A stretch of DNA of 64,000 nucleotides from NCBI RefSeq assembly GCF_018350175.1, contig NC_058383.1:26228001-26292000 (forward strand), given 5' to 3'. The translations under genes were made by a program, and so were the position numbers. Numbering within the stretch: the stretch's first letter is position 1; each line of letters starts with the position of its first letter. Shown here piece by piece: positions 54,177-64,000 of this stretch. The stretch is from Felis catus (Eukaryota). The notes below the pieces were generated by a model. The model ran no database searches and was not told where the DNA came from. It saw only the letters and a program-made list of their open reading frames with translations.

Positions 54177-54628
54177 TATATATACGTATATATATGTATA
54201 TATATATATACACATATATATATACATATATATATATACACATATATATACATATATATATGTATATATATATGTGTATATATATAAATGGAGCAAAGCT
54301 GTGATATGTAGCTAAACAACCCAAGGTGGAGAAAGATCATCCATTTCTATCCACATGCCTAACTCCCAGCATAGGTTGCCCACACACAAAAGGTGCACTG
54401 TCAGGGGCACCTGGGTGGCTCAGTAGGTTAACTGTCCAACTCTTAGTTTCAGCTCAGGTTAAGACCTCACCGTTGGTGAGATCAAGTCCCATGTCAGGCT
54501 CTGCACTGACAGCATGGAGCCTACTTGGGGTTCTCTCTGTCCCCTTTCTCTCTGCCCCTCCCCGACTTGGGTGCATGCTCTCTTTCTCTTTCTCCCTCTC
54601 AAAATAAATAAATAAACATTTTTTAAAA
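53526..54628 (+). mobile_element. Three + strand CAN-SINEs (53526-53733, 53908-54120, 54404-54628)
   Basis: SINE heads ggggcacctgg; TSD aaaaggtgcactgtcagg around the third. Confidence 0.9.
54121..54286 (+). repeat. Compound (TA)n/(CA)n/(TG) microsatellite at a SINE tail, ~165 bp
   Basis: Direct reading. Confidence 0.95.
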
Positions 54629-56665
54629 AGGTGCACTGTCAGGCTTATAAGGTTTGTGGGCTGAATAATGTATGAATAAATCAGATGAATGATCATCTCA
54701 CTTTCGCCTGGCTTTAGGAAGCACATACTCTGAGTCATATTTAATTCCCGCACTCTGAGGCTGAATCCTTTAAAAGATCCTAATTAGATTCTTGGAAGAA
54801 ATAATACCCATCAGACAAACAAATGACAGGAGGTTGCCTGCGGAGCTAAACTCCAGGCTGGGAAAATGTAATAAGAGGGCCTATCCCTCTGGAGACTAAA
54901 CAGGCAGAAAAAAGGTCATGCCAATTCCTAGCGGGCATAATACCCGTAAATAGTGTCCTTCAAGGATCAGGGCCCTGTTCTCTGTTAGCTGTTAGTCTGA
55001 GGAGGAGGAAGGGATACTTTCATGTGATTCTAAGTACATACTTTGTTTCTGATAAATTAAGCTCCAGAGAGTTCTGGATTGTTAACAAGGGTGTTTTACA
55101 TTCATAAAGGCTGTATTATGGGCAATATGGGGATAAAGCAACAGCGAGGCTTCCTGGGAAGGCAAAAGACACCATTGTGTTCTTGCCTATTTATTATTCT
55201 CCTGTGTGAATACACATGGTCTGTTACTGTATCACAGGGTCTCACAAGGGACCTCCAAATCAGTCTAGAACAACCAGCTCAATTTGCCAGTGATGAAACT
55301 GGAGACAATGCAGGTTAAATTAAGCACAGCTTGATATCTGTGGTTGGGCAGGTTGTGCACTGCACAACTTGGTGATGTTAACGCAGGCCTCTGTATGAAT
55401 GGTGTCTGCTGGGGTCATGCAGTTCGATCGTCCTATATGATTTTCTTGCGAAGAGAAAATGATCTCTTGCTGCTTTGATTGAAGAATGTATATAAATTTC
55501 AAGTATCTTCCAACTGAGAGTATTTAAAGAACATTAGCATAGCTTTGCAAAGCATGATTCTCAATTTTTTGAAGAGTCTCATATTTTTGTTTTCTTTCTG
55601 GAAGTCAGTATTTCATTGCAGCTAAGAGCTCGGACTCAGGAATCAAGGAAGAAATGTGATTTGATTGTTAATTAGCTGTGACTGTAGGCAAATCACTTCT
55701 GCGTTCTAATATCGGGCTCTTTATTTCTAATATGAACATAATATTACCACTGGCTTGTACAGTGTTACCTACAAACCCCACTTCTTTGCATACTGTGAAT
55801 TCGTTCCAGGTAGGAGTGGACTTAGACTATGGATCATGGTTGGTCACTATGCTAATCAATCGGCAATCCCATTCCATGCTTTCCCAGACTCCTTTGCACC
55901 TAGGGATAGCCATGTGATCCTATTCTGGCCAGTGGGAGTGTTGCTTTCATTTGTACAGTACTCGGTTACACTTGAGTCCCTTTCATTCTTTCATAGAGTT
56001 CGTAGTTCTTGAAGGCTGTGTCCAGCTGGAAAGAGCATCTACCTAAACTCTGAATTAGAAATCACAAACCCATTTTCCCCTCCAGCTGCACCAGTGGTCT
56101 AGTTGCATGACTGTAGGCTAGCCTCTTCCCCCTTAGGGATGGAGTTTTGTCATGTAAAGTGGATGGGGTGCGGTTGATGGGGCCCAAGGAGTTATTTATT
56201 TATTCATTTACATAGGCAAAGAGGATTCTTCAGACCTCATGCCTACCCACCCATTGCCCAGCACCCTTCTAGCTCCTCTCCAAGGGAAAGGTGCTAGTTG
56301 GCTCCTTCAGAGTCCCGGACATTCTCTGGGCCATGCGTCACTCGTGGGAGGGGTCACACTGCGTGGCAATGGCTGTTCTTTTGCTTTGCCTCCTCTCCCA
56401 CTTCAGGGGGCTCAGCAGGACCCTGATCTAGGAGTGCCTGCCTGAACTCTTGTACTTTCCCATTGGGAAATTGGTGGCCATTGGGTTGGGCTCCATATTA
56501 AGTTTGGTAAGACCTCAAGATTTATATCCATGGACTGGAGGTTAGGAGTTAGGAAGCCTGTTGTAGTCTAGCACTCAAACTAAGTTCTCTGATCTAACTT
56601 TTTTTAGGGAGTTCCACATTGGTGATTATTAAGTCCAAGTTCAACTATTAATACAGAAATGTCTT

Positions 56666-56917
56666 GGGGTGCCTGGGTGGCTCAGTTGCTTAAGTGTCCA
56701 ACTCTTGATTCCAGATTTCAGCACAGGTCGTGATCCTAGGGTCATGTCAGGCTCTGCAATGAGCGTCCTTAAGATTCTCTCTCTCTCTGTCTCCCTCTGC
56801 CCCTCCCCCTGTTCCCACCCACTCTCTAAAAGAAAGAAAAGAGAGAGAGAGAGAGGGAGGAAGGGAGGAAGGAAGAAATGAGGGAGGGAGGGATGGAAAA
56901 GAAAAAAAAAAAAAAAA
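56666..56917 (+). mobile_element. CAN-SINE with a purine-rich (GA/GGAA) expanded tail
   Basis: TSD agaaatgtcttg on both sides. Confidence 0.85.
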
Positions 56918-57472
56918 GAAATGTCTTGATTCCAGTCTAGTTTCTATTCCCTGTATATGGCTACCTAAGGAAATTTGAGAATTGGATGGAGTGGGAGGGA
57001 AGGAGGTATAAGGAGATTGACAGTGCTAAGTTTCAGGTGTCTCTGGATCTCCCGCTTCAATGGCATCAAAAAGATGAGAAAAATCCCAACCCGAGATAAT
57101 TCTTACTAAACTTTTAACAACTACTTCTGAAACACTCATTTTGTGCCATGTCACAGCCAGCTCTGGTGTTCTAAACTTCTACTATGTTGGTTGAGATCGA
57201 CACTGAACCCCAAATTCCCATCCTCCCAATGGCTTGTGCTTTCCTCTCCTGAGACCTGAACACCAGTGGGAACAGCATTGTGGAGCTTCAGCCTTTCCCA
57301 TCCCGTTTTCATCAGCCCACTCTTCAATATGGGCTACTAACATTTTCTTAATTTCATGTGGTATTAAACATCTTCGTTTTCAAGTCCTCATTCCTTCCAG
57401 AGACCCAAACCATTCCTCGTATAAAAATTCTGGGGCTACTCCTGCTGATGAGACCCCAAAGATTTACACTTT

Positions 57473-57701
57473 CTTTTTGTTTTAATTTTTTTTAAGGTGT
57501 ATTTATTTTTGAGAGAGAGAGAGAGAGAGACAGACTGTGAGCGGGGAGAGGCAGAGAGAGAGAGAGACACAGAGTCTGAAGCAGCCTCCAGGCTCCGAGC
57601 TGTCAGCACAGAGCCCAATGCGAGGCTTGAACTCACGAACCGTGAGATCAGGACCTGAGCCGAAGTCAGATGCTTAACCGACTGAGCCACCCAGGCACCC
57701 C
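57473..57701 (-). mobile_element. CAN-SINE
   Basis: TSD aagatttacactttct. Confidence 0.92.
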
Positions 57702-58889
57702 AAGATTTACACTTTCTAAAACAGAATGGGTTCCATTTGGAGAGAATACTTTCTTGAACAGCAACCATCAGAAAGGCACACTGAGTCCTGGCCCGGCGGG
57801 TTTTGGGGCGTTAGCTCTGTTACACGGTGCCATTTATCTTAGGCACCAGGAGCTCCAGGACATTGCCATCCTCGCTCTTTGAAAATGGAACAGGCTATCG
57901 TGGAGGACGCGGACAGATGTTTTTAAACTGGCCATGCGCAATGCAGTGTATTCTTGCTCTTTTCCCCAGGCAGGATTTAAAGCAAATTTTTAAAAATTAA
58001 AAGCGAACAAACAAGAACACTCCAATGGGTAGGATCAGAAGAGCTTGATTCAATAGCTGTTTCAGGCAGTTTTCTATAGCAGGTGTTCAGGAAACGGGAG
58101 TGGAAAGGTACAGTCCTTGCCCTCAGGGGGCTGGTGGCCTGGGGGTGAAACAGACGCATAACATGTAACTAAGATAAAGGCTAGTCTCGGCCAGTGCCGG
58201 CCAGAGTTTAATATGCCCATGAACCACCCGAGCTTCTTAAAATGCAGATTCTGTGCAGATTTGAGATACAGCCTGAGAGTCCGTGTTTCTCACAAGCTCC
58301 AGGTGCTGCTGCTTTAAGGACCACATTTTGATTAGCAAGGGAACAGGCTTTGAAAGCATAGGCTCTGGAGCCTGACCTCTCTAGGTTCAAATCCTGGCTC
58401 ATCCACTTACTAGCTGAGCGAGCTTAGAGAAGCTTCTTCACCTCTCTGAACTTCAGTTTTTTCGTCTTTATAATGAGGATAATAATTCCCACCTCACAGT
58501 GTTGTGCCAGCATCATATGGTATAATTCAGGTTAAGCACTCACCCCATGGTAAATGCCCAACAAATGGTAGCTGTTGTTGGGATAGGCTATGAAGAGCTA
58601 TTTTAGAATTCTGAAGTTAGTGCTGTGGGCATTCCAGGAAGACTCCATGGAGGTGGTGACATTTGAGCCAAGTCAGGCAGAATGGGAAGACATATAGGGC
58701 AGGGGGACAGCATGAGCAAATGTCTTACAACTGGCAGCATGCTGGGCATAATTGTTCTTGAGTCAAGACTCGGTATGAGATGGGGTTGGCAGAGGCTCAG
58801 CTCTTCCGGATCCTTCTGTTTCTTCCTCTCTCCTGCTGTCATCCCTGCTCTGGAAGGGACAGGTGCAGTGATCTGCATGGAGTTTCTCC

Positions 58890-59377
58890 ATCCAACATGG
58901 TCACCACTAGCCACATGCAGCTCGTCAACACCTGCAATGTGCCTAGTACCACATGTTGAAATGACAGTATTTTGGAGATACTGTTAAAGAAAATATGCAA
59001 AATCTATAAAGGAAATATATAATAACACATCTAAGAAGACACAGTATAGTGTTAAAATTAATTTCACTGTTTCTTCTTACCTTTTGAAAAATGTGGCCAG
59101 CTGAAAATTTTATAAATTTTTTAAAATGTTTTATTTATTTTTTTGAGACAGAGAGAGACAGAGCATGAACGGGGGAGGGGCAGAGAGCGAGGGAGACACA
59201 GAATCTGAATCAGGCTCCAGGCTCTGAGCTGTCAGCACAGAGCCCGATGTGGGGCTCGAACCCATGAACCGTGAGATCATGAGCCAAAGTTGGACGCTTA
59301 ACCAACTGAGCCACCCAGGTGCCCAGCCAGCTGAAAACTTTAAATTAAATATGTGGCTCACATTGTATTTCTGTTGG
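58890..59377. mobile_element. MER3-like hAT MITE interrupted by a SINEC_Fc (- 59107-59324)
   Basis: ccactagccacatg...aaatatgtggctcacattgtatttctgttgg; SINE TSD gccagctgaaaa. Confidence 0.8.
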
Positions 59378-59715
59378 CCGGAACTTGTTTAGAGGCTCCA
59401 TCTGCTCCTGGCGGGTCTGCTTGCTGAGGCTCGGGCAGAGACATAGGGAGTATACCTATGCCAGGGTATGCTTGTGGTGTCTGGAAAGTGGGGAGAGCAG
59501 GCATAGAACAGAACTGAGGGCTGGGAATGAGGAAAGTAAGGTTATCAGTCACTGCCTCATCAGATGTTCTTACTGTGCTGTGTATCAGTTAGCTACTGAT
59601 GGATAATAAACCACCCCGAAACCTCATTGCCTAAAACGGCAGTCATGCTTACGTGTCTGTGGGTCATCTGGGGAGGTTGCTGATCTAGAGGAGGCTGGGT
59701 AGATTTTGACTGTAT

Positions 59716-59787
59716 CTTCTTTTTTTTTTTTTTTAAGTTTATTTGTTTTGAGAGAAAGCATGCACTCTTGGGTGTGAGTGGAGGAGG

Positions 59788-59827
<40 letters not shown>

Positions 59828-59953
59828 CCCAGGCAGGCTCTGCACTGGCAGTATGGAGTCCAATGTGGGGCTTGAACCCATGAACTGTGAGATCATGACC
59901 TGAGCCAAAACCAGGAGTTGGACGCTCAACCAGCTGAACAGCCCAGGTGTCCC
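59716..59953 (-). mobile_element. CAN-SINE
   Basis: SINE body; TSD-like tgtatct. Confidence 0.88.
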
Positions 59954-60886
59954 TTTGTGTATCTCTTCATGGGCCTCAAAGTTAATTGGTCTGTGATGGA
60001 GCTTAGCAATCAAGAAATTTTAAAAGCTCCCAGGTGATGCAGCTAGGGTGGCAAAACTATCGATTCAGACCCTAAAGCAGAGGCTCTCAAATTTGAACGT
60101 GCATCAGAACCCCCTGCAGAGCTCATCAAAATAGTAATTGCTGGGCCTCACCCCCATGCTTTCCAATCCAGAAGGTTTGAGTTAGGCCCTAAGATTTTGC
60201 AGTTTTTACAACTTCCTGGGTGACGCTGATGTGCTGGTCTGGGGACCAGTCTTTGGTAACTACTGAGCAGGAAGAAAACAGTCATGAGGTAATGCTGGAA
60301 GGGGATTCCTACCATATGTAATGGGGAAGTAGAACCACCATCTGGGCTGGGAGGGGGAGGGGAGAGAGAGGAAGTGAGGTAAGAGATTAGGTTTAAGAGT
60401 CCTCATTCTTACTTCCTGGAGGAAGTAGCTAATGCCTGTGAGCTGTAGGAGCCTCCATCAAGGTTCTGGGGACTCAGAGAGTTGGTATTCAGTTTACCAT
60501 AACACAGCCTGGAGGGATTGCATGTCTTGTGGAGAAACCCACGTTGGCACCCAGTGCATCAGTATGGCATGGCAGTGGTAGATTAACCAAGACTGAGGGA
60601 AGATCTGGGGTGAGGGTGGCCTCAGGGGCAGCCTCCCAGAGTCCAGACTGCTGCAGAAAAGTCCCCTGGCGTTTACAACAATCCACCCACCCCTACCCCC
60701 ATCCCGGGGACCATTAGAAGTCTGGGGCTGGGAAGAAACACAAGCAATCACAGGGACACAGGCAGGGCCCACAGCCACTGGGAATGGGTTCCAGCATGAG
60801 ATCCAGGAGCCAGTACAGTCCAGACCAGCATAGACCTGCCACTCCTCAGCGAAAAGCAGCAAGAACAGAAGGCCACATGCAGAGGA

Positions 60887-60975
60887 GGGCCAGGACTAGG
60901 GTCAGGCAAAGGAGGCACCTGGGACACAAAATTTAAGGGTAGTGCAAATACAGGGTCAGCCCTCACCCTAGCCCC
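60887..60975. mobile_element. MER96-like hAT MITE
   Basis: agggccaggactagggtcaggcaaaggaggcacctgggacacaaaatttaaggg...cctcaccctagccc (inverted ends). Confidence 0.6.
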
Positions 60976-61473
60976 CATCCCCGTGCAAAGACAAGAGGGA
61001 TGAGACCCCCCCCTAAACGGAGGTCCCACAGACTCAATGGTCTCCCTACAATGCTGTTGGGATTCTGACATGTTCTCTGCATCTGTCATGGAAAAGGCTC
61101 AGAGCTGGGGACACCCCTGGAGCTGGTGGAAAGTGTTCTATTCACTCCGTCTCCTGGAAGAAGGCTGTTTTCAATCAGAAGAGACTGGGTTATCATTAAC
61201 AGGTAAGTGTCCTGAACCAGAAAGGGAGTGTCAGGTCCAGAAAGAAGAATGGAAGGAAACAAAGACACCTGGGCATTTTGCACAGCTGGACCGTATAGTC
61301 AAGTTTGCTAGTGGGTGTTTCACAGCTGACATAAGTGGCATCAAAAAGTTTTTAACAAAGGAAGATTTGTCTGACACAAGAAAGGATTTGAGCCTTATAA
61401 GAACTTGGGTGAGGAACTTGGTAGGAGGCTCAGATGTGTTGTGGATGAGATCCGTCAGGAGTTGATGAGGCCG

Positions 61474-61635
61474 GGGGATACCTAGGTGGCTCAGTTGGTT
61501 AAGCGTCAACTTCCGCTCAGGTCACAATCTCACAGTTCCAGCCCCACATCAGGCTCTGTGTTGACAGCTCAGAGCCTGGAGCCTGCTTTGGATTCTGTGT
61601 TTCCTTTTCTCTCTCTCCACCCTTCCCCCGCTCAT

Positions 61636-61680
<45 letters not shown>

Positions 61681-61709
61681 AATAAATAAACATTAAAAAA
61701 AAAAAAAAG
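61474..61709 (+). mobile_element. CAN-SINE with a long (CT)n tract
   Basis: TSD ttgatgagg. Confidence 0.9.
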
Positions 61710-63242
61710 ATTTGATGAGGCTGGGCAATGGATGGGTAAATGCACCTCTCTCTGAGAAACTGGCTGAACCGACAGTGTGAGGGCAGGTCTGGAAGGGAGC
61801 CCCACCCGGTAATTACACTGTTATTAACTCAGCGTTTACTTTGGAGAGGGAGGGAGCCTGATGGGCAGGAATACTCTCTGGGTCATGACAGATCCAGGGA
61901 AAAGCCTAGGCTTGTCAGCTGAACTTATCCCCAAACAAGAGGCACAATTCTGGGTGTCAGATGCCATTCGTTCTGAGACTGTGGGGGGTGGGGGGGCACC
62001 TGATCCTCTCCCCAGGGAGTTCTATGGCTCTGGTGGTCAGGGAGGCACATGTGGTCCCCCAAGGAGTGAAGTCAGCCCAGACACAACTAACCCATTGTTA
62101 ACCTGGGTGTGACCCTTGGGAGATACTTCCCTTCCTAATGTCTGACCTCACTTTTTAAATTGAGCTTTCCCTGTAGGAGCCCTTCCCCTTCTCCAGTTTT
62201 CCATGCACGGTGGGCCTTCCCTCTACAAGACAGGATGAAGGCAGCTTAGGGAAGGCCTGCCATGCCAGGCAAGGGTGGGTAGTTATCCTGCAGGCAGTGG
62301 GAGCCGTGGAAGACTTTTGAGCTGAGCGTTGGCATGCCTCGAACTTCCCATACCCTCACCCGGACAATGCTTGGCTTATAGAAATTTGCGCTCAATATAC
62401 TTGATAGAATAAATGATCTATACAGTGTTTTTGGAAGAACTGAGTAAGTTTCCACTTTTTTAGCCTAGCCTCTTCTCCACTGCTCTGAAGCAATCTTCCA
62501 CCCACCCTTTCTCTGCAGAATGATTTACGCTTATTTCTACTGATCCCCCATTTGCTTTATTCAGGAAGAGAGCAGCTCAAGCTTCCCAGATCTTATCTCT
62601 GAACCCACAAATATCTTAAACAGTGGATAGTCTAGTGGGGTTTGATACTGGTCTTCACCCAAAGCTCTGTGGTTGGCCTTTGACTTTTTTTCCATGAAAA
62701 CCTTCAAAGTTGATCAATTTTCATGGAATTAGAGCACTATAAAAGGCATTGATATCACAAGATACTAATACCTTCATCTGTCCTATGTTTAGTCTCCAGA
62801 ACTCTGTGGGGTCAGAAATGGAATGATCAGGCGCCGTTTGGTGTAACAGAAAGAGTGGGAATTTTGCTCGCTGTCAGACATCATTCAGATCCCAGCTCTG
62901 CCAATTATTAGCTATCTGGCCTGGGACGGTTTGCTGACTATCTCTTGGCCTTAGGTTTTTTTTCTTGAAAAGTGGGGGCTGCCTCTGTGTCTGGCTCACA
63001 GAGTTGTGAGGATGGTAAGGAAGACAGGTATTCAAGTGTTTAGGGCAGTGCTTGGCCAGATAGTAAAGGCTCAGAAAACAGAATAGTAATTGAATACCAT
63101 CGAGCAGCAAAAGCCCTAGTGATTGGGATTCCGCTCAGCAAGCAACGTGACTTTTTTGACCCAAGACCCATGAAAGATACTGGGGCTGTTTCTGGGCAAG
63201 GATGAGAACAAATACCGTGGGACATGCTTGAATAATGTGTAT

Positions 63243-63485
63243 ATTTTTTTAAGAATAAAACTCTTATTTTTATTATTTTTTAATGTTTTATTTGTTTGTG
63301 AGAGAGAGAAAGACAGAGTGTGAGCAGGGGAGGGACAGAGAGAGAGGGAGACACAGAATCCAAAGCAGTCTCCAGGCTCTGAGCTCTCAGCCCAGAGCCC
63401 GATGTGGGGCTTGAACTCATGAACCATGAGATCATGACCTGAGCTGAAGTCGGATGCTTAACTGACTGAGCCACCCAGGCACCCC
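63243..63485 (-). mobile_element. CAN-SINE
   Basis: Full body; TSD-like agaataaaa. Confidence 0.9.
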
Positions 63486-63716
63486 AGAATAAAAATCTTA
63501 CAGTAAGAATCTATTTCTCCTCACAGAACTCTCCAGCCCCAGAGATATTTGGATTTGAGTTTGCCGGGGAAGGTGTTTTTGTATGTGTTAGTTTTCAATA
63601 CTGGGTAAGAGTGGGAGTGTGGGCAAAGGGGGAGAGGATGCAGGAGTGATTCAGAGGAGAGGAGTTACGAGAGTCCTTCAAGCAGGACAAGGAAAAAGAG
63701 ATTTGTATCACGAGGA

Positions 63717-63883
63717 CAGGGCTGGCTTTAGTGACAGTGGTACGGCTCCTGTGCTCAAGAAGATCCTAAGCTTGGCTTGATGCCCTGTTGTCCTTGTCGT
63801 CTCGGGAGTTTTAATAATTTTGAACAAGGGTCCCCACATTTTCATTTTGCACAGAGCCCTGAAAATGATGCACAGCCAGTCCT
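63717..63883. mobile_element. MER45A-like hAT-Tip100 MITE
   Basis: Termini cagggctggct...agccagtcctg; internal ttttgaacaagggtccccacattttcattttgcac. Confidence 0.7.
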
Positions 63884-64000
63884 GTATAAGCAGAAGGTGA
63901 GGAGCGGAGGGGGCTTGGCAGACACCGAGTGCCCACCCCCGTGGGCTAGCCGGCGACCATCACCTTGGGATCCCGTGCTTTCCCAGAATCATTCAATACT

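Noticed and set aside
53964..54340. Tyr/Ile-rich ORFs
   Set aside because: Translations of the (TA)n microsatellite.
61037..61465. 142-aa ATG ORF
   Set aside because: No recognisable homology, promoter or exon structure; probably lies in an old LTR-like sequence. A Dfam/BLAST search would settle it.
27100..64000. Exons of SYT17 (or of COQ7 upstream) expected from synteny
   Set aside because: No ORF segment matching these proteins and no second CpG island was seen; they probably lie outside the window.

Overview
Mammalian genomic DNA from a felid, most likely the domestic cat or a close relative, judged by abundant carnivore tRNA-derived CAN-SINEs including the young SINEC_Fc type. The window holds one protein-coding gene: intronless ITPRIPL2 (20807-22405, + strand, 532 aa). 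It sits in a CpG island (~19990-21620) and is followed by a probable ~4.6 kb 3' UTR ending near an AATAAA at 27042. By recalled human synteny this is the COQ7-ITPRIPL2-SYT17 interval, but neither neighbour is visible here. The rest is intergenic and rich in transposable elements: about 49 CAN-SINEs (many nested, with clear target-site duplications, TSDs), L1/L2/MIR fragments, ERVL/MaLR solo LTRs, hAT MITEs and microsatellites. Most interesting points: (i) ITPRIPL2 looks like a membrane-tethered cGAS/Mab-21-fold protein whose catalytic acid triad is degraded and which lacks a zinc thumb; (ii) its leader carries an overlapping out-of-frame uORF, a 111-codon open in-frame extension with good-context CUGs, and a G-quadruplex; (iii) a ~10.7 kb SINE-free zone around the gene and a strong SINE strand bias. 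I found no convincing novel multi-gene system. Repeat subfamily names are from memory of consensus sequences, and repeat boundaries are approximate unless a TSD is quoted.
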